Of a DNA stretch of 64,000 nucleotides, positions 10,107-17,772 are shown one piece after another. The stretch comes from Actinomycetes bacterium (GTDB taxonomy: Bacteria > Actinomycetota > Actinomycetes > Actinomycetales > Microbacteriaceae), in NCBI GenBank assembly GCA_023431405.1, contig JAEYVZ010000009.1:19087-83086 (forward strand). The letters are read 5' to 3'. The stretch's first letter is position 1. The number at the start of each line of letters is the position of its first letter. The notes beneath the pieces were generated by a model, which saw only the letters and a list, made by a program, of their open reading frames with translations, was not told the origin of the DNA and ran no database searches. The position numbers were made by a program, and so were the translations under genes.

Positions 10107-11174
10107 ATGGCCGACCCTTCGTCTCGGATGCTGACGCTCCTCTCCCTTCTCCAGGTGCGGCGTGACTGGCCGGGCCCCACCCTGGCCGCCCGGCTGCAGG
10201 TCACGCCCCGCACCGTCCGCCGCGACATCGAACGTCTCCGGGCGATGGGTTACCGCATCCGCTCGGCGAAAGGAATCGATGGCGGCTACCGGCTCGAACC
10301 AGGGGAGGAGCTGCCTCCCCTGCTCTTCGACGATGAACAGGCCGTGGCGATCGCGGTGGCTCTGCAGAACGCGGCGACCAGCGGGGTGCGGATCGCCGAT
10401 GCGGCCGAGCGCGCCCTGGCGACGATCCGGCAGGTCATGCCCTCCCGGCTGCGCCACCGCCTCGACGGCATCCGCTTCGCCCCGGGCGGCGGGGAGGCGG
10501 CGACGACATCTGTCGACCCGGCGCTGATCGAGGTCGTGAGCGCCGCCGTCAACGGACAGCTGACGCTCCGTTTCGACTACCGCGGGGTGGTGGGCGGCGT
10601 GGGCGACGTGCCACCGCGACGCGTCGAACCGCACGGTCTGGTCGCTCGCCGAGGTCGCTGGTATCTCGTCGCCTGGTGTCTCGACCGTGCCGCGTGGCGC
10701 GTGTTCCGGCTGGACCGCATGTCGCCGCGGACGCCGCTCGGTCCGGCGTTTGTGCCGCGCGCTCTGCCGACGATCGATGCCGCGACCTTCGTCGAGGCTC
10801 GCACCAAGGGATCGGATGGCCCTGACGCGTGGCCCTGTGCAGGAACCTTCGAGGTGGCACTGCCGGCGCATGCTGTCGCGCCGTGGGTCGAAGACGGAGG
10901 GATAGAGCCTTCCGGGCCGCACTCGTGCACGGTCACGATGGGGTCGTGGTCGTGGACCGGTCTGGTCGCCGCCGCGCTGCGGTTCGATGCCCCCGTGCGC
11001 ATGATCTCTCCCGCGGCTCTCGTCGCGGAGGCGGCGCGCCTCTCCGTGCGGCTGGCGGATGCCTCTCAGGACGCGGCGAGCTCCGGTGGCCAGACGACGG
11101 CGAACTCCTCGAAGACGATGGGGTCCTCCTCCGACCATGTCGCCCCTCGCGCGGCGGCGGTGCGCTGCCAGTAG
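10107..11174 (+). CDS. YafY-type HTH + WYL domain transcriptional regulator
   Basis: The N-terminus reads RMLTLLSLLQ....W....LA..L.V..RTVRRDIE.L...G. The WYL-like core is GRWYLVAW. Confidence 0.85.
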   Translation: MADPSSRMLTLLSLLQVRRDWPGPTLAARLQVTPRTVRRDIERLRAMGYRIRSAKGIDGGYRLEPGEELPPLLFDDEQAVAIAVALQNAATSGVRIADAAERALATIRQVMPSRLRHRLDGIRFAPGGGEAATTSVDPALIEVVSAAVNGQLTLRFDYRGVVGGVGDVPPRRVEPHGLVARRGRWYLVAWCLDRAAWRVFRLDRMSPRTPLGPAFVPRALPTIDAATFVEARTKGSDGPDAWPCAGTFEVALPAHAVAPWVEDGGIEPSGPHSCTVTMGSWSWTGLVAAALRFDAPVRMISPAALVAEAARLSVRLADASQDAASSGGQTTANSSKTMGSSSDHVAPRAAAVRCQ

Positions 11175-11581
11175 CGGCGGTGCTCCCGACGCCAGCTCTC
11201 CAGCGTGCCGTCGTCTTCGCCCTCAGCGGCCGCGAAGGCGTCGTCGGCGCTCGTGAACGGGCCGATTCGCACCGCTGTCGTGCGGATGACGATGCGCGGC
11301 GTCCCGGTGCTGTCACACGCGATCCAGTGCGACCCCTCCTGCGGAATCTCTTCGGTACGGTCGTCGAACGCGGCGAGCACGTCGGCCGTCGCCCGTTTGC
11401 GGCCCGACATGACGAGATCGAGGAGCTCATCGCACAGGCGTGCGCTGTCGCCGAAATGGTCGACGGTGTACGCCGGGTCGGTCAGGGGAACGTCGGGGTG
11501 TGCCGCGCGGTAGTCGTTCCACATGGCGTCTGCAGCACGGACGTCGGGCGTGGCGACGGGGCGGGGGTGGTCGTCGGTCAT
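11066..11581 (-). CDS. ASCH domain protein
   Basis: The pattern YTVDHFGDSARLCDELLDLVMSGRKRATA ... EGEDDGTLESWRREHRRYW is typical of ASCH proteins. Its start overlaps the TetR stop (ATGA). Confidence 0.8.
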   Translation of the reverse strand: MTDDHPRPVATPDVRAADAMWNDYRAAHPDVPLTDPAYTVDHFGDSARLCDELLDLVMSGRKRATADVLAAFDDRTEEIPQEGSHWIACDSTGTPRIVIRTTAVRIGPFTSADDAFAAAEGEDDGTLESWRREHRRYWQRTAAARGATWSEEDPIVFEEFAVVWPPELAAS

Positions 11582-12102
11582 GTGTGCGCTGCTCCGTCGT
11601 GGCTCGGGGTCGGCTCGAAAAGGGCGACCGCGGCGTTCCACGCGGCGTCGAGGTCGGCGTCGGGGGGAAAGCGCTGCGAGAGCTCCAAGTCGATCATCCC
11701 GTGCGCGAGCGCCCAGAGGGCGCGGGCGCGATCGATGTCGCCTCCGACGGCGTCGACGACGGGTCGCGCGGCCGCATCCTCCACGCCCGCTCCGATCCTG
11801 TCGCGCTGCAGGGGGATCTGCGTGGCCACCCGGTACATCTGCGGCGAGGCACGCGCCCACGCGCGGTAGGCCCGTGCGAGGGGCCGGATGCCGGTACCGG
11901 CCGCGTCGAGCGCCTCGCGCATGCTGACCAGTGCCCGCTCCTGCAGCGCACCGAGCACCTCGTCCTTTCCGCGCACGTGCTTGTACAGCGAGGGTGCCTG
12001 GATGTCGAGCGTCTCTGCGAGACGGCGCATGGACAGGGCATCGATGCCCTCTTGTTCCACGAGGCGCTGGGCGGCGTCGACGATGTCGTCGCGGCGGCTC
12101 AC
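11578..12102 (-). CDS. TetR/AcrR family transcriptional regulator
   Basis: The HTH reads IVDAAQRLVEQEGIDALSMRRLAETLDIQAPSLYKHV. It uses a GTG start. Confidence 0.85.
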   Translation of the reverse strand: MSRRDDIVDAAQRLVEQEGIDALSMRRLAETLDIQAPSLYKHVRGKDEVLGALQERALVSMREALDAAGTGIRPLARAYRAWARASPQMYRVATQIPLQRDRIGAGVEDAAARPVVDAVGGDIDRARALWALAHGMIDLELSQRFPPDADLDAAWNAAVALFEPTPSHDGAAHT

Positions 12103-12548
12103 GCGGTGCGCTCCTGTGCGAGATGCTCCGACCGCGCCTTGAGGGCGTCGTTCATCAGGATGAAGCCGCGCTCGGTCCGTTCGAGGGTCGAGCCCATGAG
12201 GCCCACCAGTACTCCACGGAAGGTCTCGCTCTGAGTGAGGAGCGTGCCACCGTCCGGCGTCTCGTCGAGCACGAATGCGTGAGCCCCGTCGAAGATTCCC
12301 GGGATGCCGACCCTGCCGAGCCAGCGCAGTTCGCGCTCCGCCGCCACCGCCGTGACGGTCGGACGGAAGCGCATCGCAGAGGAGCCCGGAGGCTGGATCG
12401 TGACAGCGAGACGCTCGCCGCGTGACAGGTTTCCGGAGAAGGCGGTGATGAACGGGTTCCAGGCCGGGTAGGCGCGCTGGTCGGTGAGCACGTGCCACAC
12501 GGTGGCGACGGGGGCGTCGATGCGGATCGAGGTGGTGATGGTCTTCAT
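12099..12548 (-). CDS. SRPBCC (START/Bet v1-like) domain protein
   Basis: It carries MKTITTSIRIDAPVATVWHVLTDQRAYPAWNPF. It is the only credible part of the 1102-aa antisense ORF. Confidence 0.8.
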   Translation of the reverse strand: MKTITTSIRIDAPVATVWHVLTDQRAYPAWNPFITAFSGNLSRGERLAVTIQPPGSSAMRFRPTVTAVAAERELRWLGRVGIPGIFDGAHAFVLDETPDGGTLLTQSETFRGVLVGLMGSTLERTERGFILMNDALKARSEHLAQERTA

Positions 12549-12584
12549 GCGTGGGCGCTTCCCTCGTTTCGGATATGTCGTCAA

Positions 12585-12625
12585 GGCTAACACTGTTAGC
12601 CACGGGAGGGCTAACGTCGTTAGCC
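12585..12625. promoter_or_regulatory. Twin 17-bp palindromes GGCTAAC-N3-GTTAGCC (candidate TetR operators)
   Basis: ggctaacactgttagcc lies at 12585-12601 and ggctaacgtcgttagcc at 12609-12625. Both are in the divergent intergenic region beside the TetR operon. Confidence 0.55.
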
Positions 12626-12683
12626 GCGCAGCTGTTCCCGCGCTCCCGAAGGTTCTGGATGCGCCGGCGGGGATACTGGAGGG

Positions 12684-13307
12684 ATGAAGCTCATCGTGTT
12701 CGGCGCCACCGGCGGTGTCGGCCGCCAGGTTCTCACCCAGGCCCTCGCCGCCGGGCACGAGGTCACCGCCTTCGTCCGCTCTCCCGAAAAGCTCGGCAGG
12801 CTCCCCGGGGTGCGCGTCGTCGCGGGCGACGCCTTCGATGCCGAGGCGGTGTCGGCGGCCATCGCGGCCCATGACGCCGTCGTCTCCGCCCTCGGCTCCT
12901 CGCGAGGGCTCTCGCGCTCCGACGAGCTGCAGCGCATGACGCGCAGCATCGTCGACGGAATGGCTGCCCACGGCGTCCGCCGCATCGCGTACTGCGCCTC
13001 GGCGGGCATCGACGGGGAGCTTCCGGGAGTAAGCGGCACGGCGATCCAGTGGATGCTGCGGCACCCCCTGGCCGACCATCGCGCCGCGGTCGGACTCATC
13101 GACGCCGCCGGCCTCGACGCGACCATCGCGCGTCCCACCGGGCTCAACGACGATCCCCTCGTGACCGACTATCTCGAGGCTTTCGGCGGGCCTCCGCAGA
13201 CGGGCCGCTCGATCCCGCGCGCGTCGGTCGCGCACTTCCTCGTGAAGGCGCTGGGCGACCCCGAGACCTACGTCGGAGCGTCGGTGGGGCTTTCCACCGC
13301 CAAGTGA
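12684..13307 (+). CDS. NAD(P)H-binding NmrA/atypical-SDR-like oxidoreductase
   Basis: The Rossmann N-terminus reads MKLIVFGATGGVGRQV. Confidence 0.85.
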   Translation: MKLIVFGATGGVGRQVLTQALAAGHEVTAFVRSPEKLGRLPGVRVVAGDAFDAEAVSAAIAAHDAVVSALGSSRGLSRSDELQRMTRSIVDGMAAHGVRRIAYCASAGIDGELPGVSGTAIQWMLRHPLADHRAAVGLIDAAGLDATIARPTGLNDDPLVTDYLEAFGGPPQTGRSIPRASVAHFLVKALGDPETYVGASVGLSTAK

Positions 13308-13358
13308 CGGGCTGACGCCTGCCACCGTGCGGGCCGACAGACGCGTACGATCGCGCAC

Positions 13359-14426
13359 ATGGATGCCCAGCGCGGTCGGGTGATCACCGGGCTCATCCGC
13401 GTGGCCCCCCGGCGCGGCGACCACCGCGTCGCGATCCGCGCCGCGCTCGCGCTCGCGGTACCGCTTCTCGCGCTGTGGGCCACCGGACGCGTCGACCTCA
13501 GCATGTACGCCTGCTTCGGCGCCTTTGCGAGCCTGTACGGGCGGCTCGACGCGTATGCCGATCGGGTGCGGATGCAGGTCGCCGCGGGCGTCACGCTGAT
13601 CGTCGCGATGCTGATCGGCACATCGATGGCGCTCCTGGCGGCGCCGGCGGTGGTGTGCGTCGTCGTGGTGGCCACGCTCGCGGCGATCGGCTCGATCGTC
13701 GCGTACCGGTGGCACTGGCATCCGCCCGGGTCGCTGTTCGTCGTCTTCGCCGCCGGGGCGACGGCGAGCATCCCCGCGACGGCGGCATCCTTCGGTGACG
13801 TCCTCGTGGTGGGAGGCGCATCGGCTGCCTTCAGCGTGGCCCTCGCCGCGGCCATCGCCCTCGTGAGGAAGGGGCCGTCGGCGCTCCGGCGGCGGCCGCA
13901 TCGCACGCCGCATCGCACGCCGCAGGGCGCTCCTGCCGCCTCGATGGGGCTCGCCGTGGGGATCGGAGCTCTGCTCGCGGGCCTTGCGGGCCTCCTCCTC
14001 ATCGGTGACCACTGGTACTGGGCGATGGTCGCGGCGGTGGCGGCACTGGGTGGGGCCCAGCTGTCGGCCAGGGTCGTGCGGGGCCTCCAGAGGCTCATCG
14101 GCACGCTCGTGGGCGTCGTGATCGCCGCCGGCATCCTCGCCCTCGACCTGCCGCCGCTGGCGACCTTGGCGATGGCCGTGCTCCTGCGAGCGGGAGCCGA
14201 GCTCTACATCAACCGCAATTACGGGCTTGCGATGATCTTCGTCACGCCGTTGGCGCTCGTCATGGTCGAACTGGCCGATCCGGTCGATCCCGGCGTGCTG
14301 CTGCGCGACCGTGCGCTCGATACCGCGATCGGTGTCGCCGTGGGGACGGCGGTCGCCGTGGTCTCGGCGTGGTGGCGCGGGCGCGCCGAGCGGGTGGACC
14401 GACCCGATGTCGCCGCGCGTCCGTAG
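13359..14426 (+). CDS. FUSC-family (aromatic acid exporter-like) membrane protein
   Basis: It is a multi-TM protein ending in NRNYGLAMIFVTPLAL and LRDRALDTAIGVAVG. Confidence 0.7.
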   Translation: MDAQRGRVITGLIRVAPRRGDHRVAIRAALALAVPLLALWATGRVDLSMYACFGAFASLYGRLDAYADRVRMQVAAGVTLIVAMLIGTSMALLAAPAVVCVVVVATLAAIGSIVAYRWHWHPPGSLFVVFAAGATASIPATAASFGDVLVVGGASAAFSVALAAAIALVRKGPSALRRRPHRTPHRTPQGAPAASMGLAVGIGALLAGLAGLLLIGDHWYWAMVAAVAALGGAQLSARVVRGLQRLIGTLVGVVIAAGILALDLPPLATLAMAVLLRAGAELYINRNYGLAMIFVTPLALVMVELADPVDPGVLLRDRALDTAIGVAVGTAVAVVSAWWRGRAERVDRPDVAARP

Positions 14427-14435
14427 GCTGGGGGA

Positions 14436-15419
14436 ATGCAGCAGCGTCCTCTGGCATCCACCGGTCGATCCGTCTCGGCCATCGGCCTCGGCACCTGGCA
14501 GCTCGGCGCCGATTGGGGCGACGTCTCCGAAGACGACGCGCGGGCGGTGCTGGCGGCGTCCGCCGACGCGGGCGTGACGCTCTTCGACACGGCTGACGTC
14601 TACGGCGACGGGCGCAGCGAGACGATCATCGGGCGCTTCCTCGCAGAGCGCCCCGGGCACGAGATCACCGTGGCGACCAAGATGGGGCGCCGCATGGCGC
14701 AGCAACCGGCGAACTACACACCCGAGAACTTCCGCGCCTGGACCGACCGTTCGCGGCGCAACCTCGGTGTCGACACGCTCGATCTCGTTCAGCTGCACTG
14801 CCCGCCGTCGGAGGTCATCGACGCCGAAGAGACCTACGACGCGCTCGACGAGCTCGTCGCGTCGGGGGCGATCGCGGCCTACGGCGTGTCGGTCGAGACG
14901 GTCGCGCAGGCGCTCTCGGCCATCGCCCGGCCCCATGTCACGAACGTGCAGATCATCTTCAACCCGTTCCGGTTGAAGCCGCTCGACGAGGTGCTTCCTG
15001 CTGCGGAGCGGGCAGGAGTCGCGGTCTTCGCGCGCGTTCCGCTGGCATCGGGGCTGCTCAGCGGCAAATACTCGTCGGCGACGCGCTTCGCCGAGAACGA
15101 CCATCGCACCTACAACCGCCATGGCGAGGCGTTCGACAAGGGCGAGACCTTCTCGGGCGTCGATTTCGAGACCGGCCTGAAGGCCGTCGCCGACCTCGAG
15201 CGCGCGCTGCCCGAGGGACTCACCCTCCCGGCAGCGACCCTCGCGTGGATCGCCTCGCGCCCGGGCGTCACGAGTGTCATCCCTGGGGCGCGCAGCGTCG
15301 CGCAGGCGCGTGCCAACGCGGCGGCGGGGGAGTGGCAGGGTGATCTCTCCGAGTTCGACGCGGCGATCACCGAGGTCTACGACAGGCTCCTGAGGGCTGA
15401 GATCCACCCGCAGTGGTGA
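14436..15419 (+). CDS. Aldo/keto reductase
   Basis: It carries GLGTWQLGADWG, FDTADVYGDGRSE, LDLVQLH, and IPGARS..Q...N. Confidence 0.9.
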   Translation: MQQRPLASTGRSVSAIGLGTWQLGADWGDVSEDDARAVLAASADAGVTLFDTADVYGDGRSETIIGRFLAERPGHEITVATKMGRRMAQQPANYTPENFRAWTDRSRRNLGVDTLDLVQLHCPPSEVIDAEETYDALDELVASGAIAAYGVSVETVAQALSAIARPHVTNVQIIFNPFRLKPLDEVLPAAERAGVAVFARVPLASGLLSGKYSSATRFAENDHRTYNRHGEAFDKGETFSGVDFETGLKAVADLERALPEGLTLPAATLAWIASRPGVTSVIPGARSVAQARANAAAGEWQGDLSEFDAAITEVYDRLLRAEIHPQW

Positions 15420-15659
15420 CGCACGACCGTCTCACCCCGCGCGCGGCCGTCCGCCGATCCCGCCGGAAGGAGGCAGCCGAAAGTGGGTCGACTCTCCCGA
15501 AGTAAGAGATTTATCTTGGGAGATCCCGCGGGTCGCTACGGTGCGCGTCGCAACCCGGATGAGAACGAACCTCGGGGCCGGCGTCGTCGTCCGCTCGGCT
15601 CTGCGGTGGCTCATCGCAGGGCCGGTGGTGGTGTCTGTCGGCGCCGTTAGCCTGGTCTC

Positions 15660-15956
15660 GTGATCGTCGAATTCACCGCGTCCGTCTTCACCTGGGAGGC
15701 TCGCTCCGAGGCCTGGTACTTCGTCGCTCTCCCTCCCGAGATATCGGCCGATATCCGCGAGATTCCGCGGATTCCGCGCGGTTTCGGCGCGGTCAAGGTG
15801 GTCGTGCGCATCGGCGGATCGACGTGGAGCACATCGATCTTCCCTGACTCGTCGCGGGGTGTCTACGTGCTGCCGCTGAAGCGAGCGATGCGTGAGCGCG
15901 AGGGGATCACCGAGGGTGCGGATATCGCGGTGACCCTCGAGGTCCGCGACTCCTGA
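15660..15956 (+). CDS. DUF1905 domain protein
   Basis: It carries WYFVALP.E.S..I......RGFG.V.V...IG...W.TSIFP. Confidence 0.75.
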   Translation: MIVEFTASVFTWEARSEAWYFVALPPEISADIREIPRIPRGFGAVKVVVRIGGSTWSTSIFPDSSRGVYVLPLKRAMREREGITEGADIAVTLEVRDS

Positions 15957-16036
15957 GCGCGGCTGCGGTCACCTGCGTCCCACTCGTCACACTGGTCACA
16001 GGGCGCACTTTTTTCACATCTCGCTCAAAATTCTCA

Positions 16037-16065
16037 TTGACAACACCATGAGAGGTCTCTAATGA
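16037..16065 (+). promoter_or_regulatory. Sigma-70-like promoter of pilA inside the only AT-rich patch of the region
   Basis: TTGACA lies at 16037-16042, followed by a 17-nt spacer and TAATGA at 16060-16065. A T-run lies upstream and a leader of about 150 nt follows. Confidence 0.45.
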
Positions 16066-16224
16066 TGTGTGACGAAGAGGGAGACACGTCCTCGCGGCGG
16101 GCCTCTCGAATCAACCGGCACAGTCTCGGCCCACCCCCCGGAATCCGAGATACCCCCCCTTGTGCACAACCCCCGGAGTGCACGCGTGCCGGAGTCCTGT
16201 TCACCCCCTAGGAGAGGCACGCAC

Positions 16225-16638
16225 ATGCGCACCATCCGCAACTATGTCCAGGCTGAGAAGGCCCGCCGCGAGGAGAACGGTGACGAGGGCTTCTCGCTCA
16301 TCGAACTGATCGTCGTCGTGGTCATCCTCGGCATCCTCGCTGCCATCGCGATCCCGGTGTTCATGAACATCCAGCAGACCGCGAAGGACAACTCGCTCGA
16401 CCAGGCCGCCTCCAACGGCGCAGTCGTCGTGGCCACCGCGATTTCGCAGGACACCACGACGATCGCCGGCATCGACACGGAGCTCAACAAGTCGGAGGAC
16501 GAGGGCTACACCCTCGCCCTCACGGCACCGGCCACGGGCACCGTGACGCTGCAGAACTACTGCGTCACGGCGACGGCTGTGGCGGGCAAGTCCCTCGACG
16601 GCGGTACCGCCGGCCCCGCCGGGCCCGGCTGCCCGTAA
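16225..16638 (+). CDS. pilA: Major type IV pilin (prepilin with N-methylation site)
   Basis: It has a 22-aa leader ending G|FSLIELIVVVVILGILAAIAIP. Two C-terminal Cys (NYC ... GPGCP) could form a disulfide loop. An AGGAGAGG RBS lies upstream. Confidence 0.85.
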   Translation: MRTIRNYVQAEKARREENGDEGFSLIELIVVVVILGILAAIAIPVFMNIQQTAKDNSLDQAASNGAVVVATAISQDTTTIAGIDTELNKSEDEGYTLALTAPATGTVTLQNYCVTATAVAGKSLDGGTAGPAGPGCP

Positions 16639-16646
16639 GCGAGCTC

Positions 16647-16686
16647 ACTGTGGGGCCGGCCCGACCCGACGGGACGGCCCCACAGT
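16647..16686 (+). terminator. Strong hairpin directly after pilA (terminator or attenuator)
   Basis: The 12-bp stem pairs actgtggggccg with cggccccacagt. No U-tract follows. Confidence 0.5.
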
Positions 16687-16738
16687 CGTCTCCCACAGCA
16701 CCACCCTTTTCTCGGAACACCACCTGGGGAGGTGACGA

Positions 16739-17182
16739 GTGTTTCAGCGTTCTGACGAAGGCTTCAGCCTCGTCGAGGTGGTCATGGCGATGTTCCTGCT
16801 CTCGCTGCTCGCCCTCGCCGTCCTCCCTCTCTTCATCAGCGCCACGCGCGTGAGCGTCGACAACCGCGACGCGGTCGAGGCGACCGCCCTCGCACAGGCC
16901 CATGTCGCCGCACTGCGATCGGAGTTCCCGGCCCAGCCCGTCACCGCGACGACCTGCGCGGGACTCACGTCGGCCGCTGCCCGCATCGCCGACACGAACC
17001 CCTCGACCCTCCCGAACATCACCCTTCCGGCCGGTCTGTCCCGCCAGGTGACAGTGGAGACCTGCCCGACCGGCGCCGCTGCCGGAAAGCCCGCCGCCGT
17101 GCTCGTGAGCGTCCGCATCTCGGATGCCACGGGCAAGATCCTCGTCACCCTCCGCACTCGCATCCCCGTGAGCGCCGCATGA
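16739..17182 (+). CDS. Minor pilin (prepilin-type N-terminal cleavage/methylation domain)
   Basis: The N-terminus reads MFQRSDEG|FSLVEVVMAMFLLSLLALAVLPL. Confidence 0.75.
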   Translation: MFQRSDEGFSLVEVVMAMFLLSLLALAVLPLFISATRVSVDNRDAVEATALAQAHVAALRSEFPAQPVTATTCAGLTSAAARIADTNPSTLPNITLPAGLSRQVTVETCPTGAAAGKPAAVLVSVRISDATGKILVTLRTRIPVSAA

Positions 17183-17772
17183 TCGCCCGGCTTCGCACCC
17201 TCCTCCTGCGCGACGACGCGGGCGTGACCCTCGTCGAGCTGATCGTCGGCATGGTCGTGGCGGGCATGTTCGCGGCGATGCTCACCCTCATGTTCATCAA
17301 CGGCTGGACCTCGCAGCAGAAGTCGATCGCCCGCGACGCGGCCACCGGTCAGGCCAACATCGTGCGCACCTCTCTTTCCGACTCGCTCCGCAACGCCACG
17401 GCGGTGCGAGTGAGCGGGGGAGGGACGCGTGTGGATGCGGTCGTCGGCCGCGTCGGCACCTCCCTCACGGGCTGGACCTGGGAGTGCCGGGCCTGGGTGC
17501 TCCACGACAGGTCGATCCGGTACAGCGCGGGCCCCACGGCACGCGGCACGGATGTCGCGTCGTGGGCGACGCTCGCCGGCAAGACGGCGCAGGCGCCGCT
17601 CGATGTCGTCACGGGCACGATCGGCGGCGTGCCGTTCGCGCTCGTGGGCGCCAAGAGCGTGCAGATCGGCATCGACATCCGCAGCGGCAAAGACCCGCAG
17701 ACGGTGTCGATCTCCGACGGCATGACGGCCCAGGCCGTCTCGACCGAGGCGGCGATCACATGCTGGACCTGA
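17179..17772 (+). CDS. Minor pilin (PilW-like, prepilin-type N-terminus)
   Basis: It carries RDDAG|VTLVELIVGMVVAGMFAAML. Its start overlaps the previous stop (ATGA). Confidence 0.75.
   Translation: MIARLRTLLLRDDAGVTLVELIVGMVVAGMFAAMLTLMFINGWTSQQKSIARDAATGQANIVRTSLSDSLRNATAVRVSGGGTRVDAVVGRVGTSLTGWTWECRAWVLHDRSIRYSAGPTARGTDVASWATLAGKTAQAPLDVVTGTIGGVPFALVGAKSVQIGIDIRSGKDPQTVSISDGMTAQAVSTEAAITCWT

Noticed and set aside
12099-15407. A 1102-aa ORF on the minus strand spans four plus-strand genes.
   Set aside because: This is a stop-codon-poor antisense frame, typical of high-GC DNA. Its translation is Arg/Gly/Asp-rich with no recognisable motifs. Only the last 450 nt (12099-12548, the SRPBCC protein) look real. 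The plus-strand genes (NmrA-like, FUSC, aldo/keto reductase) carry clear family motifs.
16066-16224. The pilA leader might hold a cyclic-di-GMP riboswitch.
   Set aside because: Riboswitch-controlled pilin genes exist in Clostridia. I could not find the GEMM-I hallmarks (GCAAA-type tetraloop/receptor, conserved GGGACGCAAAGCC-like core) or a convincing class II fold. I kept it only as an unexplained long leader.
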